Part shown: piece by piece, positions 48,545 to 56,100 of the stretch
How positions within the stretch are numbered: position 1 is the first letter of the stretch
How the letters are laid out: every line of letters starts with the position of its first letter
Origin: a virus
Taxonomy: Duplodnaviria; Caudoviricetes
DNA length: 59,564 bases
Reading direction: 5' to 3' (one strand)
IMG/VR virus record: IMGVR_UViG_3300032313_000319
Span: 1 to 59,564 of that record
Notes under the pieces: generated by a model
Databases searched by the model: none
Seen by the model: only the letters and a program-made list of their open reading frames with translations
What the model was told of the DNA's origin: nothing
Made by a program: the position numbers and the translations under genes

Positions 48545-48874
48545 TTACTCTGGTTGTGTCTTGCATGGACACTTGTCATTGCAGCCACATGTCATTTTGT
48601 GTATGATCTTCATGGTTTTATTGTAGCATACCCTTTTCGTTACCAAAACGTTATCTTATATTGACCAAATCTGAAAAAATTTTCAAATTGACAAAAATCT
48701 GAATATTTTGTAAAGATGTACGATACATCCTCACACACAGAAAATAACCAGGATTAGTCCGCACACACCCGTACGACCCTAATGTTATAAATTTGTTACC
48801 TACTATGCCGTGTCTGACTTGCATAATGTCTGCCAATACTGATAGAGTATGACTATACAGAAAGAAGGAAACAA

Positions 48875-49045
48875 ATGCTAGTAACAATCAGAAACAACGA
48901 CAACACTGAAACCACCTTTGGCTTCGACCCTGAGCACAAGGCAGAGGCTATTGGCTTCTACACCAAGTTGTATTGGAACAGTGCCATTCAGGGATACCGC
49001 ATTCAGTTTGCAGATGGCTCTATCTTCAACATTGGAGCCAACTAA
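48875..49045 (+). CDS. Early microprotein (56 aa)
   Basis: AGAAAGAAGGA SD after promoter 48827. Confidence 0.7.
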   Translation: MLVTIRNNDNTETTFGFDPEHKAEAIGFYTKLYWNSAIQGYRIQFADGSIFNIGAN

Positions 49046-49110
49046 TGACTACTGAAGAACTAGAATACCTAATTGAACTAATTGACATAATGCTAATGGA
49101 TGAGGAGACT
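49045..49110 (+). CDS. 21-aa acidic peptide MTTEELEYLIELIDIMLMDED
   Basis: TAATG coupling; paralog at 51301. Confidence 0.5.
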
Positions 49111-49115
49111 AACTA

Positions 49116-49184
49116 ATGCTAGTAGACATTCTGCTTTGGGTAGCCGTTACCTTCATGGGTCTAGCAATGTTTAGTGCTAAGTAA
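49116..49184 (+). CDS. 22-aa hydrophobic peptide
   Basis: GAGGA SD; MLVDILLWVAVTFMGLAMFSAK. Confidence 0.45.
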   Translation: MLVDILLWVAVTFMGLAMFSAK

Positions 49185-49304
49185 ATGACTAGAGTAGCGA
49201 TATCAGTAACAGGTGCCCTGTTTGTTGCTTACCTGTATGTCAAGGTTCTAATGGCAGGATATACAATGACGATCCCATTCCTTGATATTGTAGTTTCTAT
49301 ATAG
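49185..49304 (+). CDS. 39-aa hydrophobic peptide
   Basis: Directly follows the previous stop; TM-like. Confidence 0.4.
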   Translation: MTRVAISVTGALFVAYLYVKVLMAGYTMTIPFLDIVVSI

Positions 49305-49450
49305 ATACGGCGTGTCGCTTGACATCTACCCTGGAAGGGGCTCGGGCCCCAAATGTAACAGAATGATAACTATCTACGAAACACGCTAAAAAAGTCCCAT
49401 AAATGTCAGACCCCTATGGTTAGATAATAGTAGTTAGAAAGGATACACAA

Positions 49451-49615
49451 ATGGATACTCTCAGATACAAGCAGTTGGACTCTCTAAACCTAGTTGAGGT
49501 AAAGAGAGAGTTGGCATTCTTTTTGGAACACGCCCAGCGTGCGAATTGGGATGTGTCTGATGAAACTATCGGATACATGAACCAACTAGATAGTGTTATC
49601 AAAGCGTTATCTTAG
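49451..49615 (+). CDS. Early microprotein (54 aa)
   Basis: AGAAAGGA SD; similar to 50596-50763. Confidence 0.65.
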   Translation: MDTLRYKQLDSLNLVEVKRELAFFLEHAQRANWDVSDETIGYMNQLDSVIKALS

Positions 49616-49757
49616 ACGGCGTGTCACAAACTAAAAATGTCGTACCCCCTCTGTAAATTTATAGTAGTTGGAAAAGGAATGAGCCTCAGCAAATAATCCA
49701 GAAATGGTGAGCCTGAGCAAATAAGTCCCCCAGCGTTGTATTAGAAAGGATAAATAA

Positions 49758-49964
49758 ATGTTTAGAGTAACAACAAGTGGATACCTAGTAGAGTGTGACT
49801 CTTGTGGTAATGAGGAGATCGCTTCCAATCTCCGTATGGCTAAGTCAGCCTTTGACTTCCATGAGTGTTCAGACAAGCCTAACAAGGTGTCTGACTACAC
49901 TTTGGTAGAGGCTAAAGACCCTATTGAGTTGGTCAAGCCTATGTTTAGTACTAACTGGTACTAG
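49758..49964 (+). CDS. Early small protein with CxxC
   Basis: AGAAAGGA SD, 68 aa. Confidence 0.7.
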   Translation: MFRVTTSGYLVECDSCGNEEIASNLRMAKSAFDFHECSDKPNKVSDYTLVEAKDPIELVKPMFSTNWY

Positions 49965-50172
49965 ATGTAGTGGGTGTACTCCTGGTCTACCCCCAGATCT
50001 AGGCTCGGGGGCCCCTAGATGTAGTATGCATACCCTGTTAAGACACTATATATAGATCCCCCAGAAAGTTTATAACAGATTTATAACAGATAGGGTAAAA
50101 GGGGTGTTTTGCTACCTAAAATGTCAGACCCTACCTGTAGATTTATAGCAGTTAGAAAGAAAGGTATCCCCA

Positions 50173-50382
50173 ATGACCACAATGTTCCGCAAGACCACCT
50201 GCAACGGATGCGGTATGTCTCAGACCACCAATGTCTCTTACCGCCTAGACAAGAAGTTGTGGGAGACCACTCACACTCTTGGCGTGTGCCGTCAGCGTAA
50301 GGCACTACTTACCAGAGAACTAGACTTCTCCAAGCCTGGAGCCAGCCTAAGAAACCTAGAATTGCTAAACAGCCTAAACTAA
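50173..50382 (+). CDS. Early small protein
   Basis: GAAAGG SD after promoter 50122. Confidence 0.65.
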   Translation: MTTMFRKTTCNGCGMSQTTNVSYRLDKKLWETTHTLGVCRQRKALLTRELDFSKPGASLRNLELLNSLN

Positions 50383-50431
50383 AATGTCAGACCCCTATGC
50401 TAGATTTTAGATAACTCAGAAAGAAGGAAAA

Positions 50432-50596
50432 ATGATTCAGTCAGTAATCACAGATGACACCAAGGGTATCCTAGTAGCAAAGTTGCAGGGTGTCCTAGAG
50501 CGTGACCTAACCGCTATGGAAGAGGCTATGGTTGAGTATACTCTCACCCAAGTCAGACTAGGCTTAGTTGACCTAGGCTTACAGGAGGTAAAGTAA
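50432..50596 (+). CDS. Early microprotein (54 aa)
   Basis: AGAAGGA SD after promoter 50385. Confidence 0.65.
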   Translation: MIQSVITDDTKGILVAKLQGVLERDLTAMEEAMVEYTLTQVRLGLVDLGLQEVK

Positions 50597-50763
50597 TGGA
50601 GAACTTTCGCAAGTTAGACATTCTCTCACTCTCAGAGGTTGAGCGTGAGGTTGACATAATGATAGAAATTATCGGTGATAGGATTCCTAGTGATGAGGAA
50701 TACAAGCAGGTATCAGAACTAATCAAACTAGCCAACTCGCTTGGCACAAAAAGAAAATGGTGA
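50596..50763 (+). CDS. Early microprotein (55 aa)
   Basis: AGGAGG SD, TAATG coupling. Confidence 0.65.
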   Translation: MENFRKLDILSLSEVEREVDIMIEIIGDRIPSDEEYKQVSELIKLANSLGTKRKW

Positions 50764-50766
50764 TGT

Positions 50767-50964
50767 ATGCACCCTAGGGAATTGCCAGGTATCAGAATCA
50801 CATACCGCCAAGCAGGCAAAAGAATAGATGACGCTTTTGTTTTTGCACCTACTCACGCTTGCACACTTTGCAAGGTAGGCGTTCAGGTCTGGAATGCAGA
50901 TAGATTCTGGGCTAGGCATAAAGACTGCATACCGCTTACCATACAAGAGTGGGTTGGGGTATAG
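50767..50964 (+). CDS. Early small protein
   Basis: 65 aa, CxxC...HxxC. Confidence 0.5.
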   Translation: MHPRELPGIRITYRQAGKRIDDAFVFAPTHACTLCKVGVQVWNADRFWARHKDCIPLTIQEWVGV

Positions 50965-51142
50965 TATTCCAATAATGGAATGGATCGGCCTCGGGGGCCC
51001 CTACATCTAGAGGCTATAATCATTTAAGACACCACATCTAGGATCCCCAGAATGTTATCATTCTGTTATAAAAATGTGGCGTGTGCTACTCAAAATGTCA
51101 GACCCCTATGTTAGATTTTAGGTAAGTAGAAAGAAGGTAAAA

Positions 51143-51301
51143 ATGTCAGAACAGATTTGCGTGTTTTGTATGAACTTGGTGAACGACTATGTTTGCCACG
51201 AATGTAACGACTACAAGGGGCTAATGCCACTTGACGAGGCTGAGAAGTATCTTGGCGAGGACTTTCCAGAGGAATACAAAGTAGCGGATTGGATTAGATA
51301 A
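51143..51301 (+). CDS. Zn-finger-like microprotein (52 aa)
   Basis: CVFC...CHEC; SD after promoter 51096. Confidence 0.7.
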   Translation: MSEQICVFCMNLVNDYVCHECNDYKGLMPLDEAEKYLGEDFPEEYKVADWIR

Positions 51302-51411
51302 TGAGCATCTCAGAACTAGAGGAACTAATCTACAAAATTGACCTAATGCTATCTGAGGACATAATGTCTGAGGGTATTAGTAATCTATTCTCAACCAAAG
51401 AAAGCGAGTAA
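51301..51411 (+). CDS. 36-aa acidic peptide
   Basis: TAATG coupling; ELEELIYKIDLMLSED. Confidence 0.5.
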   Translation: MSISELEELIYKIDLMLSEDIMSEGISNLFSTKESE

Positions 51412-51413
51412 CA

Positions 51414-51524
51414 ATGATTTTTTACAACGGCTTCAACCTACTAGTTGACATAATCCTAGTTTCAGTTGCGGTGTTTGTCACCTATCGCCTAACTAGGAGA
51501 AACAGCCACAAGGCTCCGTTCTAA
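51414..51524 (+). CDS. 36-aa membrane peptide
   Basis: After promoter 51365; LLVDIILVSVAVFV. Confidence 0.55.
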   Translation: MIFYNGFNLLVDIILVSVAVFVTYRLTRRNSHKAPF

Positions 51525-51667
51525 ACGACACGCCGAAGCCAGGACTTGACAAACCTGAGCTTTTGGCCTCGGGCCCCCAACCAAGATCATAAGTAGTTTA
51601 CGAAACAATTTAAGAAACTCCCAGAAATCTCCCCTAAAATGTCAGATAGGTCTGTTATACTTCAGGT

Positions 51668-51835
51668 ATGAAGAAGTTAGGTAAAGCAAATCAAGCAAGA
51701 CGCAAGGCTGAGTCACAGGCTCTATTCCTTGAGATGATGAAGAATCCTCACCTTGTAGTTACCCCCCAGAAATTCAAGGGCACACGCCAGAGCAACACTA
51801 GCAAGGCTATTAGAGAGAGTAGGGATAATGGGTAA
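51668..51835 (+). CDS. Basic microprotein (55 aa), leaderless
   Basis: ATG 6 nt after TATACT of promoter 51640. Confidence 0.65.
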   Translation: MKKLGKANQARRKAESQALFLEMMKNPHLVVTPQKFKGTRQSNTSKAIRESRDNG

Positions 51836-51965
51836 GTATAACTGTTCTAACTGTCAGAGGCTTCTACGCCCAGAGAAGTTTTACATTCAAGGTATCAATA
51901 ATGTCTGTACCCCCTGTTATGCTGTAATGGTTCAGCACCCCTCAGCAAGAAAGTTGGTAAAGTAA
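51828..51965 (+). CDS. Zn-finger-like microprotein (45 aa)
   Basis: CSNC...CTPC; coupled. Confidence 0.55.
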   Translation: MGKYNCSNCQRLLRPEKFYIQGINNVCTPCYAVMVQHPSARKLVK

Positions 51966-52159
51966 TGAGTAAGTATCCTGTAACTGTTCAGCTATCAGGT
52001 AACGATGGCAATGCCTTTGCAATAATGGGAGCAGTAAAGTCTGCCCTAAAAAAGGCTGGGGCAACTAATGAAGAGGTTGACAAGTATCTGGCAGACTCAA
52101 TGTCTGGAGACTATGACAACCTGTTACGTGTAGCAATGCAATGGGTGAATGTAAGATAA
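51965..52159 (+). CDS. Conserved small phage protein
   Basis: DGNAFAIMG.V..AL..AG...SGDYDNLL motif seen in many phages. Confidence 0.75.
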   Translation: MSKYPVTVQLSGNDGNAFAIMGAVKSALKKAGATNEEVDKYLADSMSGDYDNLLRVAMQWVNVR

Positions 52160-52206
52160 ATGTCAGACCCCTGTGGTAATCTTTAACTAACTTAGAAAGG
52201 ATACAG

Positions 52207-52380
52207 ATGAACAGCGACAAGGTATTGGAATACGCAAAAGAGCAAGTAAACGGCGGAAGCCCTTATGCTTTTGCTTTTGGTATGGCTTGGGCTTCCCTAA
52301 GCAAAACCGCCCAAAAGGAACTAACCAAATACGCAGAACAGCAACTAGCCCTAATCAAGGCAGAAAGAGGGGAGAACTAA
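52207..52380 (+). CDS. Early microprotein (57 aa)
   Basis: AGAAAGGA SD after promoter 52161. Confidence 0.65.
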   Translation: MNSDKVLEYAKEQVNGGSPYAFAFGMAWASLSKTAQKELTKYAEQQLALIKAERGEN

Positions 52381-52661
52381 TGGGTTCACTTCAGGCAAGA
52401 GAGATGGCAGAAATGCTATCTATGGAAGACGCTATCGCTTGGCACTTGCAGAGCAACCACTATCCACCTGTGCCACTATCTATGGTTGAGCCTTGTATTG
52501 AGGCTATCAAGAACGCTCTTGCTGGTGACTGGTGGAAGCCTGTTGAGTTGCCTAACCCTGTCAAGTATAAGGGAAGCACTCACGCTCCAACTTCCGCTAT
52601 CCTTGAGCAACACCACCTTGCCCCTTGGCTAGAGCTTGATGAGGAGGGGCTTGAGGACTAA
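52380..52661 (+). CDS. Hypothetical protein (93 aa)
   Basis: GGGGAG SD, TAATG coupling; WHLQSNHYPPVP motif. Confidence 0.7.
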   Translation: MGSLQAREMAEMLSMEDAIAWHLQSNHYPPVPLSMVEPCIEAIKNALAGDWWKPVELPNPVKYKGSTHAPTSAILEQHHLAPWLELDEEGLED

Positions 52662-52774
52662 CCTCAGCCCTTCTGGGCCCCGAGCCCTGATCACGATCCT
52701 ATAACAGGTTACGATTACGTACTAAAATGTCCTACCCCTAGGCTATACTTTAGTTAGTTAGAGAGGATACCCCA

Positions 52775-53491
52775 ATGCTTATTAGGTCTAAAGATAGGAA
52801 AGTAACTAATGCAGTATCTCCAAATGGTAAAACGCCGACTATTGCGAACACGTTTGGGCTACCTTCTGGTAAGGCTTATTCCTGCCCTGGAGCCACATCT
52901 GTATGCGAGAAAATCTGTTACGCTGGCAAACTCGAAAAAGTCTACAAGGGTGTAAAGGATGTTCTAGTCAACAACTGGAACCAACTAAAAGACGCTAAGT
53001 ATGAGACTATGGTTTCACTACTTGATGAAATGATTATTAGTTTCAAGTCTGACTGTGACAAGCGTAATGCAGACAAGCTATTCCGAATTCACTGGGATGG
53101 CGACTTCTTCAATGTCACTTACACTATAGCTTGGGCTACTGTAATCAAAAAGCATTCTGATGTTCAGTTCTGGGTATACACTCGCAGCGACTTTGCGGTT
53201 CCAATTCTAAAGGGTATCGCTAATCTATCGCTATACTTTTCTACTGATGATGACAACTGGCAGCTGGCAAGCAACCTAAAGACACTTCATGATGTAAAGC
53301 TTGCTTATCTTGCTAACAACTTTGCAATGGGTAAAGAGCGTATGTTGTCTATCACGCCTAAGTCTGCAATTCCATGCCCTGAGAATGCTAAGAAACTACC
53401 ACTGATTAGTGACAAGGGTTCCGCCTGTGTTACCTGTGGGCAGTGTGTGTTTGAGCGTAATGACATCCTGTTCAGTGCTAGTAAAAAGTAA
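52775..53491 (+). CDS. GP88-like (radical-SAM-related) phage protein
   Basis: FGLP...SCPGAT..C...CYA, FRIHWDGDF, FWVYTR, C-terminal CP...C..CG.C. Confidence 0.7.
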   Translation: MLIRSKDRKVTNAVSPNGKTPTIANTFGLPSGKAYSCPGATSVCEKICYAGKLEKVYKGVKDVLVNNWNQLKDAKYETMVSLLDEMIISFKSDCDKRNADKLFRIHWDGDFFNVTYTIAWATVIKKHSDVQFWVYTRSDFAVPILKGIANLSLYFSTDDDNWQLASNLKTLHDVKLAYLANNFAMGKERMLSITPKSAIPCPENAKKLPLISDKGSACVTCGQCVFERNDILFSASKK

Positions 53492-53520
53492 TTGACAGCA
53501 TTCTGGATAAGGAATATAAT
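53492..53520 (+). promoter_or_regulatory. Consensus sigmaA promoter
   Basis: TTGACA-17-TATAAT. Confidence 0.75.
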
Positions 53521-53525
53521 ATATT

Positions 53526-53597
53526 GTGGATAATATAGGAATCATAATTGTGCTTCTCTTAATGGCTATAACACTAGTGTTAACCAATAAGAAATAA
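53526..53597 (+). CDS. Possible 23-aa leaderless membrane peptide
   Basis: GTG 5 nt after TATAAT; MDNIGIIIVLLLMAITLVLTNKK. Confidence 0.4.
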   Translation: MDNIGIIIVLLLMAITLVLTNKK

Positions 53598-53598
53598 A

Positions 53599-53681
53599 CT
53601 CATAGGGGAATATGAGACGGTCCGCTCCTTTCTAACTAACTGACATGCGGACCACGTCCTGGCCATGACGTAAAACTGGCC
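53599..53681 (+). ncRNA. Candidate structured RNA (hairpin + anti-SD-loop hairpin + pseudoknot)
   Basis: CTCATA/TATGAG; GGTCCGC/GCGGACC; ACGTC/GACGT with GGCCA/TGGCC. Confidence 0.5.
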
Positions 53682-53787
53682 ACCTCAACGCCCGAGGGCA
53701 GATCACAATTTGATAACCAATTACGATTAAGATATAAAATGTCCCACCCCCAGAGTATAATGGTCTTATCAGTTAGAGAGGACAGTA

Positions 53788-53910
53788 ATGGACGAGCAAG
53801 CAGCAGAGATTAGAGAAAACCTAGCAGAATACTACGCTAACCCAGAAGAGTATTCTCTTGAGGACTTTGAGGACATCTTCCAAGATCGTGACCCGTTTGA
53901 GTTTCTATAA
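53788..53910 (+). CDS. 40-aa highly acidic peptide
   Basis: GAGAGGA SD after promoter 53740; ...EDFEDIFQDRDPFEFL. Confidence 0.65.
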   Translation: MDEQAAEIRENLAEYYANPEEYSLEDFEDIFQDRDPFEFL

Positions 53911-53956
53911 ATGTCATACCCCCAGTTTATAATAATCTAAACAGAAAGAAGGAATA

Positions 53957-54508
53957 ATGGGAACTAGAGGACTAACTAAGGTTGTTTACAAGGGTGAGAC
54001 TATTGTTGCACAGTATGGACAATGGGACCACTACCCAGAGGGACAGGGTGTTACCTTGTTTTACGCTCTGCAAGACCCTGATGTGGTAAAGCGTTTTATT
54101 GAGAAGATTCCACAGATTTACTACCCCAGCGACTCTGATGTAGAAGCAATGTGCAAGCCATTTGAGGATGGTTCTTCGGCAGGTATGATGACCTTTGAGT
54201 CTGGTGATAAGTTTGCAAAGAAGTATCCAACTCTAACCAGAAATACTGGTGGAGAGATTTTCAGGGTAATCGCTGACTGGGATGACTCACCTATCCCTAT
54301 TGTCAGGGACTTGGACTTTGAGAATGACGAGTTGTTCTGTGAGGGTCTTTACACTATCAACTTGGACCAAGAGTTCTTTCACACCCAGTTTAGCAAGTAT
54401 AAGGGTTCTTGGGACATCTCACTCTTGGTTGGCTTTGAGTCTCTAAGGGAGATGAAGGGTCCAGATGACTACCTTGAGAGTTGCAAGGATTCTCAATTAG
54501 TTAGGTAA
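53957..54508 (+). CDS. Conserved hypothetical phage protein
   Basis: MGTRG...QYGQWDHYPEGQG motif; SD. Confidence 0.75.
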   Translation: MGTRGLTKVVYKGETIVAQYGQWDHYPEGQGVTLFYALQDPDVVKRFIEKIPQIYYPSDSDVEAMCKPFEDGSSAGMMTFESGDKFAKKYPTLTRNTGGEIFRVIADWDDSPIPIVRDLDFENDELFCEGLYTINLDQEFFHTQFSKYKGSWDISLLVGFESLREMKGPDDYLESCKDSQLVR

Positions 54509-54631
54509 CACGCTACCCCCAGGACTTGACATCTTGGGGGCTAGTGCCTCGGGGGCCCACAGGATCTTTGTCAATTTACGAAACCTACAAAAAATCCCCC
54601 AAAACTTTGTAGAAAAACTTTGCCCAAATGC

Positions 54632-54660
54632 TTGACATTGACTTACTTTTCTGGGACAAT
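54632..54660 (+). promoter_or_regulatory. SigmaA-type promoter
   Basis: TTGACA-17-GACAAT with extended TG. Confidence 0.55.
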
Positions 54661-54728
54661 TGAGTATCACCAAACGGGGATACATAAATCAAAACAGACC
54701 TTGATAAGAGGTCGGAATAGGAAGCAAA

Positions 54729-54875
54729 ATGTCAAACCTAACTGTTGGCTCACAGTTCACCACCGCTAAGTCTGGCGTGTCTGGTGTTATTCAGGAAGTA
54801 GTAGCAAACAAGAACGGCTCTTTCCGTGTCCGTCTTGATGTTGCTGGTCAGCCTCGCTGGACTACTGTAAAGTAA
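54729..54875 (+). CDS. 48-aa beta-rich microprotein
   Basis: AGGAAG SD; MSNLTVGSQFTTAKSGVSGVIQEV...RWTTVK. Confidence 0.7.
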   Translation: MSNLTVGSQFTTAKSGVSGVIQEVVANKNGSFRVRLDVAGQPRWTTVK

Positions 54876-54982
54876 TGTAAGACTTGGGGGGGTAGCGTTT
54901 CTTATCCTTTCTCTACCCTCCCACTTACTAAAATGTCACACCCCACCCTTACAATAGAACTACCCTGAAAGAAAGAAGACTA

Positions 54983-55204
54983 ATGTCTGGCAAGATTGTT
55001 GCTCTAAAGAAAAACCAACGCCTAACCGTTCGCACAGAGATTTGGAACACCAAGTCTGGCGAGGGTATCAAGGCTGTTGTCCGTAACCCAAACGGCACTT
55101 TTGATGGTGCTACCAACCAGACCCGTTTCTTGGCTATGCCAGAACCAAAGGTCATTGTCAGGACTATTACTGAACCTCGCAAAAAGGTATTCGGTATTTT
55201 CTAG
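54983..55204 (+). CDS. Basic small protein
   Basis: After promoter 54934. Confidence 0.65.
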   Translation: MSGKIVALKKNQRLTVRTEIWNTKSGEGIKAVVRNPNGTFDGATNQTRFLAMPEPKVIVRTITEPRKKVFGIF

Positions 55205-55291
55205 GCAGATGTGCTGGGTATCACAATAAACTACCCAAAATGTCACACCCCTCCCCTATAATGTAATTACCCTAAAAGAAAGCAGAAACAA

Positions 55292-55747
55292 ATGGCTAGA
55301 ACCCTTTCCGTAAAAATCCCAACCGCAACTCTAATCGCTGACATTGAGGCAACTATTGCCAAGATTGACGCTGATGTTGAGGCATACCCTGAGAAGGTAA
55401 AGCAGTATGAGGCAGACCTAGCAAACTACAAGACTAGCGTTGTCAAGTTTGCTACTGACTACATTACCGCCAACGCTGACAAGATTGGCTTTGACTATGA
55501 CAGCACCATTCGTCTAGTTCAGAACCACTACTCTCAGAACAAGTTTGAGATTGAGTTGGACATTTCGGTTATTGCTAACTTCCCTGAGAAGCCTGTAAAG
55601 CCAAGCCAGCCAAACCAGAACGAGCACTTTGGCAGGGAATACACCACTCGCAAGGCAATTCTTGAGAAGAACCTTCGTATCCTAAAGATGACCTCGCAAG
55701 AGGAAGTGAACGCAAGTTCCTACTCCTCTGTGATTGACCTAATCTAA
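55292..55747 (+). CDS. Hypothetical protein (151 aa)
   Basis: After promoter 55241. Confidence 0.8.
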   Translation: MARTLSVKIPTATLIADIEATIAKIDADVEAYPEKVKQYEADLANYKTSVVKFATDYITANADKIGFDYDSTIRLVQNHYSQNKFEIELDISVIANFPEKPVKPSQPNQNEHFGREYTTRKAILEKNLRILKMTSQEEVNASSYSSVIDLI

Positions 55748-55751
55748 GGGA

Positions 55752-55960
55752 GATACACCTGAGTAAGTGGGTAAACTGCTCACCAAACTTCCAACTAACC
55801 TAGGAACGGTTGGCTGTGCTGATGGCTCTAACAGTAGTCAGATGAGCAAGACCTATTAGATGAACCGCAAGGACTCTAAGGGCAAGGATACCACCCTGCT
55901 ATCGGTTGAAGCATAGGTCAGAAATGATACTACCTGATGCCCTCGCTTGGGTGGTTTTTC
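55752..55960 (+). ncRNA. Candidate structured non-coding RNA
   Basis: No ORF of 60 aa or more; pseudoknot motif, GACCTAT/ATAGGTC, TTAGA/TCTAA, CC-GCAA-GG and TCA-GAAA-TGA GNRA loops. Confidence 0.4.
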
Positions 55961-56100
55961 CTTATCTGGATCCTGGCCCTCGGGGCCCGTTACAAAATTG
56001 TTATTTACGATGTCCAATTATTTTTCCCTAGATTCTTTACAATGTCAGACCTTCCCTGTATACTTGTCCTATCAGTAATCCCTAACAGAAAGTAGCCCCT

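Larger units (their letters stand above)
49958..51044. promoter_or_regulatory. Three tandem pairs of NrdR-box-like sites
   Basis: CnAnATnTAG cores at 49961/49993, 50015/50046, 51001/51032 (spacing 32, 31, 31 bp). Confidence 0.65.

Noticed and set aside
51141-51165. Additional AAAATGTCAG promoter copy (also at 54726)
   Set aside because: These are ATG-TCA gene starts; 51144 has no TAnnnT 10 nt downstream, and neither does 54730
52287-52379. N-terminal extension of ORF 52287-52661
   Set aside because: Overlaps the better-supported 52207-52380 gene; the true start is likely 52380
55800-55940. Hammerhead ribozyme or tRNA
   Set aside because: CTGATG and GAAA occur, but the CUGAnGA core and three-stem geometry could not be assembled; no T-loop or cloverleaf
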